The notes under the pieces are model-generated. The model was not told where the DNA came from, did not search any database, and saw nothing but the letters and a program-made list of their open reading frames with translations. The position numbers and the translations under genes are program-made. A DNA stretch of 64,000 nucleotides, from IMG/VR virus record IMGVR_UViG_3300032295_003161, one strand, 5' to 3'. This document shows positions 47,715-55,440 of the stretch, piece after piece. The stretch's first letter is position 1; every line of letters begins with the position of its first letter. This stretch comes from an uncultured virus (IMG/VR IMGVR_UViG_3300032295_003161). Taxonomy: Duplodnaviria; Heunggongvirae; Uroviricota; Caudoviricetes.

Positions 47715-48290
47715 TTATCCTATTAAAAATTTTAAATAGTCTGGCGTACCGCTATCAGAAATACCGCCTTTATCAAATCTTATATCGTTGTTGTTTTTAT
47801 CAAATGTAGTGTTAGTACCATCGGCAAGTTTTATTTGGTTTGCTTGAAAAACTACAATTTCATTTTGAAGAATAACTCCATCATAACCATCTTTTTGTAA
47901 TTTTTTTGTTAAGGTGGATTTATTTTTATTGTAATATTTTTCAGACCATTCTTTTAATGAATTTTCATCTAAATAAAATGGCTCTTTAATAAAACAATAT
48001 AAATTTAAAACAATATTCCCGTAATTAGATGCTGTTTTTTCATTTTGAGTAAAATAAAATCCCTCCCCATAACTTCCTCTGTTTGATTTTTCAAACTTGT
48101 TAAATGTTTTAAATGTTCCATGATAAACCACTAACGGCTCTCCATTTTCATCAACAACCTTACTTGCATTAGCAGGGTCGTTTTCCCAATCCCCAAACCA
48201 TTTTTTAAATTCTGGTGTGCGAACTAATTTATATTGTTCAGCAGTTAAATTGCTTGGCTTACCATTAGGTGCTAATAACTCTTTTTTCAT
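47715..48290 (-). CDS. ADP-ribosyltransferase-like (ART-PolyVal type) protein, copy 1
   Basis: YHGT, GFYFT, GYDGVI, EIVVF, NQIK. Confidence 0.8.
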   Translation of the reverse strand: MKKELLAPNGKPSNLTAEQYKLVRTPEFKKWFGDWENDPANASKVVDENGEPLVVYHGTFKTFNKFEKSNRGSYGEGFYFTQNEKTASNYGNIVLNLYCFIKEPFYLDENSLKEWSEKYYNKNKSTLTKKLQKDGYDGVILQNEIVVFQANQIKLADGTNTTFDKNNNDIRFDKGGISDSGTPDYLKFLIG

Positions 48291-48444
48291 ACTTCTATAA
48301 TAATTTTCAAATGTAATAAATTCTATTGTAACTTAAAAATCATATTATTTATAATAAATAACATAATTTATTCAAAAGTAGGCATTTAATATTTTTTTAC
48401 TACATTTGTTTCTAATAAATTTATTAACTTAAAAAATTTTAATC

Positions 48445-48561
48445 ATGAAAACAGGAGTTTTTGACATTAACAGTTCTAACTTTCTTTTTGGCAATAATGT
48501 CCATAATTTAGTTCAGATTGCGTTATTAGGCTACATCGCTTACAAAATTTACAAAAAATAA
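48445..48561 (+). CDS. small membrane protein (38 aa, not in ORF track)
   Basis: MKTGVFDINSSNFLFGNNVHNLVQIALLGYIAYKIYKK; TACATTTG at 48401-48408; terminator downstream. Confidence 0.65.
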   Translation: MKTGVFDINSSNFLFGNNVHNLVQIALLGYIAYKIYKK

Positions 48562-48577
48562 TTTGTAATTATTAGCT

Positions 48578-48610
48578 AAAAAAAACCCACCAATTCGGTG
48601 GGTATTTTTT
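48578..48610. terminator. bidirectional intrinsic terminator
   Basis: A-run ACCCACC-aattc-GGTGGGT T-run between convergent genes. Confidence 0.8.
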
Positions 48611-49116
48611 TATAAGTGTTTCCAAAATTTTCCTCTTATTATTCCTAAAACATTAGTTCTACTTATTCCATACTTTTTTGACAAAGACATTCTGGTTTCA
48701 GAAAAACCAATTTTTCTTATTTCCAAAACTTGTTCTTCAGTAAGTTTGCATTTATGGTGCTTAATTCCTTTTTGGTCTTTTAATCCAGTTTCTATTGCAT
48801 GGCTCATATTCTCGCTATTTGTATGCCATTCTAAATTTTCAACTCTATTATCGGTTTTTATTCCGTTTTTATGATTTACAGTTGCCTTATTGTTTGGATT
48901 ATCAATAAAAGCGATTGCTACTAATCTATGTTCCGTAAAAAAATACATTTTACCTTCTTTAGACAAAACTCTTTTAACGTAACCATACCTATCTATATTT
49001 CTTCCAATAAGTCTTTCCTCAAAAACCCTTTCGCTAATCAAACGCTTAACATTTCCTAAATTAGATACTTGGTATAATCCTTCAAAACCAGCAATATCTT
49101 TCCAAATTTCTTCCAT
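48610..49116 (-). CDS. NUMOD4-HNH homing endonuclease
   Basis: EIWKDIAGFEGLYQVSNLGNVK; VNHKNGIKTDNRVENLEW. Confidence 0.92.
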   Translation of the reverse strand: MEEIWKDIAGFEGLYQVSNLGNVKRLISERVFEERLIGRNIDRYGYVKRVLSKEGKMYFFTEHRLVAIAFIDNPNNKATVNHKNGIKTDNRVENLEWHTNSENMSHAIETGLKDQKGIKHHKCKLTEEQVLEIRKIGFSETRMSLSKKYGISRTNVLGIIRGKFWKHL

Positions 49117-49135
49117 AATTTTATAAAAAAGTAAA

Positions 49136-49219
49136 GCTCCTACAAATCCAAACGCACTCGACCTCGTTCTTCATTGTAAGAGCCAATATTTTTAAGTTAC
49201 AAATTGTCGAGTGGTAACT
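49136..49219 (-). ncRNA. putative structured leader RNA (two hairpins, kissing loops), copy A
   Basis: Stems AGTTAC/GTAACT and GCTCTTACA/TGTAGGAGC; loops CACTCGAC/GTCGAGTG complementary; promoter TACATTTG 49226-49233. Confidence 0.7.
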
Positions 49220-49276
49220 ACTTGACAAATGTAGTAAAAAAAATTATTTGCAATCGGTTTCTTGGTTATTATTTAA

Positions 49277-49690
49277 TTAAGACAAATTATTACCTTGATT
49301 TTTTCTTCTCAAATAATCTTTTTTATATTTATTTTCGTGTTGTTTAATTTTACAAATTGATATAGCCTTAACCGTTTTTTTAGCTATTTTTTCTGTTTTT
49401 TTTAAAATTTTTTGTTGAAATTCTTCACTACAACTATCAAATATAAATTTATTTAATTCAAAATGTAATTCTGGATTTTTGCTTGGTTTAGGTATTCTAA
49501 ATTCTAAAGGGATTTTTATTTCATCTAAAACATCTTCAAAAAAATCTATATTAGAACAATTAAAATAAACCCATCTTAAATATTTATTCTTTTTAAGATT
49601 TATTATTTCTTGAACTGATAAATCTGAATATTGTCCAAATTTAAGAGTTGACTTCCTTGTTAGTTTTCTTAATAAAGTAACATCGGACAT
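49277..49690 (-). CDS. hypothetical protein with DUF3820-like FGxY motif
   Basis: LKFGQYSDLSVQEII....YLRW. Confidence 0.65.
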   Translation of the reverse strand: MSDVTLLRKLTRKSTLKFGQYSDLSVQEIINLKKNKYLRWVYFNCSNIDFFEDVLDEIKIPLEFRIPKPSKNPELHFELNKFIFDSCSEEFQQKILKKTEKIAKKTVKAISICKIKQHENKYKKDYLRRKNQGNNLS

Positions 49691-49692
49691 TT

Positions 49693-50967
49693 TTATACAA
49701 GCTTTAAAATTATATTCTCAAACTTCTTGGTAATATCGTTCCATTTCCATTTTACAACGTGGTTGTATGCGTTTTCTACAATAGTGCTTACTTGACCTTT
49801 CACTTCATCTTCTTCGTTTTGTAGGTTGTAAACAATACCACATACTTGAGCCACTTCTTCTGGATTAGAAATAAATCTAATTTTTTCAAAGTCATTTACA
49901 AATACTGCTCTTTGGATAAACTTGAATAAAAACGCATTGTTACCATTATCAGTAATTTCTTGAATAGAAGTATGTCTTGGAGCAATTACCAGTTTTTTAC
50001 AAGCCATTGCTTCAACTATTGATAATCCCCAACCTTCAGCCGTAGTGGTTGTAATAAAACAATCAAAAGTATTGTAGATTTTATTTAATTCGGATTCGGA
50101 AATACCATTATTTTCATTAAAATCTTTTGGGAAGAAAATATCTTTACCAACATCTAAACCTAACCTTTCAGATAATCTATAACAATCAATTCCCATTCGG
50201 TCTTGAGGATTACAATGGATATATAAAACGGCATTAGCTTGACTTGTATGCTTGAACATAGCAAAACCAATCATAAGAGTTCCTAAATCCTTTCTTGCGG
50301 AATTACGGTTTACGCTACCAAACACAAAAACATCACTTTTGCCAAAAATAAGTTCTTTGGTTCTATTGTTTTCAAAAGAATTGTCTATTGGGTGGAACAC
50401 TTCGGTATCTATTCCATGAGGAATGATTTTAATCTTTTTCCACTTGGATTCAGATATAAGCGGTTTTAAAACTGCTTTAGCATATTCAGTATAAGTAATA
50501 ACTTCATCAAACAAGTCTAATACAGCACAATCGCTTGGTCTTGGCTCACTATCTATTGGAGTGTATAGGATATACTTCGTTTTCTTTTTATTGGCTTTTG
50601 TACGCTCTTTTTTAACGTTTGCCAAATGCTCGGTCATTGAGTTTAAAACTTCAATATCATTTAATGCGAAAAACACATCAAAATCGTGTGAATAAAGTAT
50701 TCTTAAAAGTTCTAATCTGGCGTAGCCATCTTTTTTTTCATCGACTGCCAAACAAGGAATAACCATTACGTTTTCTTTGTAATTGTATGGCTTTTCAGTC
50801 AAGTCATTAATAGCTAATATCGTAATATTGAAGTTTTTGTTTTTGCTCCAATTCTCTATTAACTTTGTTGATACGTTACCGAATCCAGTTGTGCAATTAA
50901 AATCCCCATAAAATAGGATATTAACTGGTTGGTCTTTTTTAGTTTTCTTGGTGTGTACTACTTTCAT
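49693..50967 (-). CDS. GT-B (family 4-like) glycosyltransferase
   Basis: TGFGNV, IPHGID, NRNSARK, EGWGLSIVEAMAC. Confidence 0.9.
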   Translation of the reverse strand: MKVVHTKKTKKDQPVNILFYGDFNCTTGFGNVSTKLIENWSKNKNFNITILAINDLTEKPYNYKENVMVIPCLAVDEKKDGYARLELLRILYSHDFDVFFALNDIEVLNSMTEHLANVKKERTKANKKKTKYILYTPIDSEPRPSDCAVLDLFDEVITYTEYAKAVLKPLISESKWKKIKIIPHGIDTEVFHPIDNSFENNRTKELIFGKSDVFVFGSVNRNSARKDLGTLMIGFAMFKHTSQANAVLYIHCNPQDRMGIDCYRLSERLGLDVGKDIFFPKDFNENNGISESELNKIYNTFDCFITTTTAEGWGLSIVEAMACKKLVIAPRHTSIQEITDNGNNAFLFKFIQRAVFVNDFEKIRFISNPEEVAQVCGIVYNLQNEEDEVKGQVSTIVENAYNHVVKWKWNDITKKFENIILKLV

Positions 50968-51217
50968 TTTTTGTTTTTTTTCCTACTATTAAAACTACTC
51001 TAATGTTTTCTTTTTTAAATTCTAATCTGTCTTTTTCATTTTTATACAAATATTCGTATTGTTCAAAACCATTCTCAATCAAATGCTTTTTTAATTTTAG
51101 CGAATAATTTCCTTGAAGTGCTGTATCATATTCAGTAAAGGTTAAAGAATAAAATAAATTCAAGTTTAAATTTAAACCTATCAAAAGACCTAATCTTTTT
51201 GAAATTTGATTTTCCAT
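50939..51217 (-). CDS. hypothetical protein
   Basis: 92 aa ORF behind repeated promoter. Confidence 0.65.
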   Translation of the reverse strand: MENQISKRLGLLIGLNLNLNLFYSLTFTEYDTALQGNYSLKLKKHLIENGFEQYEYLYKNEKDRLEFKKENIRVVLIVGKKTKNESSTHQEN

Positions 51218-51284
51218 TTTTTTTATATGTTTTAAAGTTCAAGTCAAAAGTATAAAATATTATTTTAAATACAAAATATTATTT
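51211..51284 (-). promoter_or_regulatory. repeated promoter/leader block (near-identical to 63169-63243)
   Basis: - strand TTTG-N19-TACTTTTG..GAACTTTAAAA..ATGGAAAA. Confidence 0.75.
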
Positions 51285-51322
51285 TAGATATATTTTATTA
51301 TTTTAGATAATGTTTATTTTAT

Positions 51323-51844
51323 TTAATATTTACTGTTTATATTGTTTAGTCTTTTATACTCTAAATAACTTTCGTGTGCTTCTAATTCAGTATTAAAATA
51401 TCCAGTATGAATCTTTTTTTTATTTATTTGTATTTGTCCTAACCATTTTTTATGCTTTTTACAATAAGTTACACCAACATAAATACTGCTTTTATTTTTA
51501 TTTAAAAACTTATGTATGTTATTTTCAGAATGTGAAACCCATTCTAAATTTTCAATTCTATTGTCGTTTGGATTTGAGTTTATATGATTTATTTGAGGTT
51601 TATTATATGTGTTTTCAATAAAGTATTTAGCTATTATTCTATGAACTCTAAAAAGTTTGTCTTTTCCATTTATTTTCAAATTACATAAACAATAAAAATC
51701 TTTATCTAAATATTGTTTTATTATTTTATTTTCTAACTTAATTCTACCCATGTTACTAAAATAGTAATCCAAGTCATATTCATTTGTTTTTACCCAAATT
51801 TCATTTTCTAAATCTTCAATAAAAGTGTTTTTGTAAATTTCCAT
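51323..51844 (-). CDS. NUMOD4-HNH endonuclease with AP2-like C-terminus
   Basis: EIW..YYFSNMGRIK; INHINSNPNDNRIENLEW; start MEIYK. Confidence 0.9.
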   Translation of the reverse strand: MEIYKNTFIEDLENEIWVKTNEYDLDYYFSNMGRIKLENKIIKQYLDKDFYCLCNLKINGKDKLFRVHRIIAKYFIENTYNKPQINHINSNPNDNRIENLEWVSHSENNIHKFLNKNKSSIYVGVTYCKKHKKWLGQIQINKKKIHTGYFNTELEAHESYLEYKRLNNINSKY

Positions 51845-51851
51845 AATAATA

Positions 51852-51951
51852 AAAAGCATCTAATTTCGTAAAATGGTGGATTTACTACTCTTAAATGCTT
51901 TTAAATTTATATTTTTATGATATACATTATTCCACCATAGATAATGTTATC
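51852..51951 (-). ncRNA. putative structured leader RNA (kissing loops), copy B
   Basis: Stems GATAACATTAT/ATAATGTATATC and AAAAGCATTTAA/TTAGATGCTTTT; loops ATGGTGGA/TCCACCAT; promoter TACATTTG 51953-51960. Confidence 0.65.
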
Positions 51952-51967
51952 ACAAATGTAATAAAAA

Positions 51968-52594
51968 TTATTCAATTCCTTGCTCTCTATTGTCAGATAA
52001 ACTCATAACGTGATAAGTTGGTGGGTGGTTAACTGCTTTAGCGTGTGTGCCAAACTTATTCATTGATTCTATTAGCCTCCAATCGTGGCTATAATCTGAA
52101 TCATGCGTTGGCATTGTTTTTAAGAACTCGGTTCTAATAACTAATTCGCTATGACCAATCATTCCATATTGAAGTTGAGCAACTCTGTTGGCTCGTCTTG
52201 GTGCTACATAACTATCAAAGTACATAAAATCGTAATTGGTGTTTTCAATAGCCGACAAATAATTATCAAAATGGTTTGGTAGAATAATATCATCGTTGGC
52301 AAAAAAAGTAAAGTATTTACCTCTGGCAAGTTTTATGTTTTCATTAGTAATGAAGTAACCATGACCGCCACGATTTTCTTTATTGTTTTTTATTATCAAT
52401 TGGTTTCCTTTTGCGTTACAATCTTTTACAATATCAGCAAAGTAGTTGCTATCTACAAAATCTTGCATTATAGGACAACCATCTCCAATTACAAGTGCTT
52501 CCCAATCGTTAGCTGTTTGGTTGGCAATACATTCAATTGCTCTTATAGTTCCTTTTCTTCTACCGAAGCAAGGCATTGAAACAGTTAATCTCAT
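51968..52594 (-). CDS. GT-A (family 2-like) glycosyltransferase
   Basis: LTVSMPCF, QT..DWEALVIGDG, ARGKYFTFFANDD. Confidence 0.85.
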   Translation of the reverse strand: MRLTVSMPCFGRRKGTIRAIECIANQTANDWEALVIGDGCPIMQDFVDSNYFADIVKDCNAKGNQLIIKNNKENRGGHGYFITNENIKLARGKYFTFFANDDIILPNHFDNYLSAIENTNYDFMYFDSYVAPRRANRVAQLQYGMIGHSELVIRTEFLKTMPTHDSDYSHDWRLIESMNKFGTHAKAVNHPPTYHVMSLSDNREQGIE

Positions 52595-52857
52595 AGTTTT
52601 CTTATTTCTTTTTTAACTTTTTTAAAATATTCTTTTGTATCATATTCTTCAATTGGTTTATTTGGAGAATATTTTATTATTTCATCAACTGAAATTAAAG
52701 CACATTTTTTTGCTACTTCCCAATCATCATATTCAAAAGAAGTACCATTAACTTCTGTTAAAACTTGACAAGTTAGTGGTAGTGGCATAAAAAACAAATC
52801 TACTAATTCATGTGCTTTTTCTTTTGGTGTTAATAATTCAAGTTTCCCTTTTTTCAT
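52591..52857 (-). CDS. hypothetical phage protein
   Basis: TPKEKAHELV...AKKCALISVDEII. Confidence 0.7.
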   Translation of the reverse strand: MKKGKLELLTPKEKAHELVDLFFMPLPLTCQVLTEVNGTSFEYDDWEVAKKCALISVDEIIKYSPNKPIEEYDTKEYFKKVKKEIRKL

Positions 52858-52875
52858 AACCCTTTTTCTTTTTTT

Positions 52876-53031
52876 TTATCCATTTCTTATTGATTTTAAA
52901 CTATCATTTTTTCTATAAGGCATTACATCAAATGTAACACCTGATTCTGAATTATCTGTTCTGGTTTTATGAATAAGTTTGCCATTCATATAAATATAAC
53001 ATTCATTTCCTGATATTACAATGTGTGTCAT
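52876..53031 (-). CDS. small hypothetical protein (51 aa, not in ORF track)
   Basis: MTHIVISGNECYIYMNGKLIHK...; ATGA overlap with upstream stop. Confidence 0.5.
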   Translation of the reverse strand: MTHIVISGNECYIYMNGKLIHKTRTDNSESGVTFDVMPYRKNDSLKSIRNG

Positions 53032-53240
53032 AGTCCTTTTTCCTTTTTGAAGATTTCTAATAGTTCTTTTGACATTCTTTGTGTTATCTTAAATTGAGTA
53101 AATAGTCCATTTTTTAAACACCACTCCGCAAATTCAATAGCATAATCATCTGCTGTTTTTTCGCAATCAGTTAATAATGGTTCTTGCATACCACCAAATT
53201 CTTTTGGAACTAATGCGTTAAATTTTTCTTTTAGTGTCAT
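53028..53240 (-). CDS. hypothetical protein, paralog family
   Basis: MTLKEKF..ADDYAIEFAEW..KELLEIFKKEK. Confidence 0.7.
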   Translation of the reverse strand: MTLKEKFNALVPKEFGGMQEPLLTDCEKTADDYAIEFAEWCLKNGLFTQFKITQRMSKELLEIFKKEKGL

Positions 53241-53375
53241 AGCTGTTTTTATTTTTTAAATAATCTAATGTAGCTTTTTTTTCAGCCAACAAAAATTCAA
53301 CTATAATTTTGTTGTCTTGATTTTCTATTAATGCATTATCAATTCTCATTAATTTTTCTAAAATTTCTTTTTTTG

Positions 53376-53579
53376 TCATAGTTGTTTTTCCTTTTTGAAT
53401 TTTTCTAACATTTCTCTTAATGTTTTTGTTTCATCTTTTTCAGTAAGTAGCCAAAAAGCAAACCCAATAGCATACTCATCTGCTAATTCTACTAACCGTT
53501 CTGCTGATTGATTTGTCAGTATAAAACTTTCTTGATATACAACAACTGGTTCTTCTTGGAATTTTTCTTTAAGTGTCAT
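53376..53579 (-). CDS. hypothetical protein, paralog family
   Basis: MTLKEKF..ADEYAIGFAFW..EMLEKFKKEK. Confidence 0.7.
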   Translation of the reverse strand: MTLKEKFQEEPVVVYQESFILTNQSAERLVELADEYAIGFAFWLLTEKDETKTLREMLEKFKKEKQL

Positions 53580-53841
53580 ATCCTTTTTCTTTTTTGAAGA
53601 TTTGTAATAGTTCTTTATGCGTTTGACCTTTAGTGTATTTACTACTTGAATTTAACCAATACTCTTTTGCCATCCAGTCTGAAAACTGAATAGTAAATTC
53701 ATCTCTCAATTCTTCGGTTTCTTCAATACCAACTAATATTCCTGCTTCAAATAATTCATCTTCGGTTTCTCTGCCATTTAGATTTTGCTTATTCAATAAA
53801 GAATACCATTCTACCTTTTCTTTAATTGTTTTTGGATTCAT
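53569..53841 (-). CDS. hypothetical protein, paralog family
   Basis: DEFTIQFSDW..KELLQIFKKEK. Confidence 0.7.
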   Translation of the reverse strand: MNPKTIKEKVEWYSLLNKQNLNGRETEDELFEAGILVGIEETEELRDEFTIQFSDWMAKEYWLNSSSKYTKGQTHKELLQIFKKEKGYDT

Positions 53842-53924
53842 AATTCTACTTTTTAATATACCCTACTAATACAAATTTTCCGTAAACCCATTTGTAGTAT
53901 GGGATTAAATCTTCTGTCATTACT

Positions 53925-54641
53925 TTAGCTTTGTCTTCCATCGTAACTCTCTACCATTTTGTCAAATTCAGCACATATATCCAAAACCATTTCATAACTC
54001 CATTTTTGCTTCATATAATCGTTTTCTTTTATGTATTTAGCTGGATTACCTACATACGTTCCAAAACAATTTGGATTGATTTTTTTAGTAACTATTGCAC
54101 CCATACCAATCATTGCATAAGAGCCTATTTTAGAGTACTGGTGGCAAATACTACCTAAACCCATATTAACTCCTTTTCCAAGCAAAGAATGACCGCCAAT
54201 TAGCACATTGCAACTAATAGTACAGCCATCGTTAATTTCGCAATCGTGTCCAACGTGAGAACCTCTCAACATAGTGATATTATCTCCTAATTGTGTAGGC
54301 ACATAACAACCTGCATTAACAGTTACATACTCTCTGAAAACATTATTATTACCAATGTTAGTTCCTTTGTTTTTCTTTCCAAAAAACTCTTTATGCTCTG
54401 GCTCGTTCCCTATTGAACAAAAAGGCTCAAATACATTATTGTTGCCAATAAATGTTTTTCCTTGAATTACCACATACGCACCGATTTTGTTACCCTTTCC
54501 AATTCTAACATTATTTCCAATTATAGCCGTTGGGTGTATATCGTTATCGTTTACAATTTGCAAAAACCTTTTTGATGGTTTTCTTCCTATTTCAGTAGTT
54601 GTGGTGTAATATTGTTTTTGAAATGGTGTTAAATCGTTCAT
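53925..54641 (-). CDS. LpxA-like hexapeptide-repeat acyltransferase
   Basis: IHPTAII, FREYVTVNAG, HVGHDC, HQYSKIGSYAMIG. Confidence 0.85.
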   Translation of the reverse strand: MNDLTPFQKQYYTTTTEIGRKPSKRFLQIVNDNDIHPTAIIGNNVRIGKGNKIGAYVVIQGKTFIGNNNVFEPFCSIGNEPEHKEFFGKKNKGTNIGNNNVFREYVTVNAGCYVPTQLGDNITMLRGSHVGHDCEINDGCTISCNVLIGGHSLLGKGVNMGLGSICHQYSKIGSYAMIGMGAIVTKKINPNCFGTYVGNPAKYIKENDYMKQKWSYEMVLDICAEFDKMVESYDGRQS

Positions 54642-54740
54642 GTCGCTTTATATTAAATGGATTAATGTTACTATAAGTAAAATAAGCATCAGCCATGCAA
54701 TTATTTCGTTTATAATATCCTGTTTGTTGTATTTCATTAT

Positions 54741-55313
54741 TTATGAATATTTGTTAATTATATTGTTTTCTAACTCAAATTGTTTTCTTGCTTTATATGC
54801 TTCTTCTTCAGTTTCAAAAAAACCTATCCTTATTTTTTTTGAATTATGACAAATATAAGAGATAAACCTACCTTCTTTATTAAGACAAACACCAACATAT
54901 TTACTGGTTTTGGTTTTGTTTTTAGACATGTGAGATTGGTTTTCCCCTCTGTTAACCCATTCTAAATTATCAAACCTATTGTTTGATTTGTCAGAATCTA
55001 TATGGTTTATTTCTGTTTTATTTTCAATTGGCTCTAAAAAACATTCTGCAACAGCTCTATGTAAACTTTTTCTTTTAAACTTATCAAAAACCCTTAAAAA
55101 AACTGAATTATAATTATTTTTATAATGTTTATTTATTGATAATATTTTAGGTTTAAAAGTCATTATTCTTCCATTGGATTTATGAATAACTCTATGTAAA
55201 GATTTTACTCTCCCCATATTAGAAACTTGATAATATCCTTCAAATTCTAAAATATCTTTCCAAATTTCTCCTTCTAAATCTTGTAGCGAATGATTTTCGT
55301 TGTTTTTTTGCAT
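54741..55313 (-). CDS. NUMOD4-HNH endonuclease with AP2-like C-terminus
   Basis: EIWKDILEFEGYYQVSNMGRVKS; INHIDSDKSNNRFDNLEW. Confidence 0.92.
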   Translation of the reverse strand: MQKNNENHSLQDLEGEIWKDILEFEGYYQVSNMGRVKSLHRVIHKSNGRIMTFKPKILSINKHYKNNYNSVFLRVFDKFKRKSLHRAVAECFLEPIENKTEINHIDSDKSNNRFDNLEWVNRGENQSHMSKNKTKTSKYVGVCLNKEGRFISYICHNSKKIRIGFFETEEEAYKARKQFELENNIINKYS

Positions 55314-55332
55314 AATTTTATAAAAAAGTAAA

Positions 55333-55416
55333 GCCTTTACATATCCAAACGCTCACTACTTCGTTTTTCAATGCAAAGGCAAATATTTTTAAGTTACTAA
55401 ATGTAGTGAGGTAACT
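55333..55416 (-). ncRNA. putative structured leader RNA (kissing loops), copy C
   Basis: Stems AGTTAC/GTAACT and GCCTTTGCA/TGTAAAGGC; loops CTCACTAC/GTAGTGAG; promoter TATATTTG 55423-55430. Confidence 0.7.
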
Positions 55417-55440
55417 GATACACAAATATATAACATTTTT

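Noticed and set aside
24264..48290. Diversity-generating retroelement behind the duplicated segments
   Set aside because: No reverse transcriptase in the window and no adenine-specific template/variable pattern.
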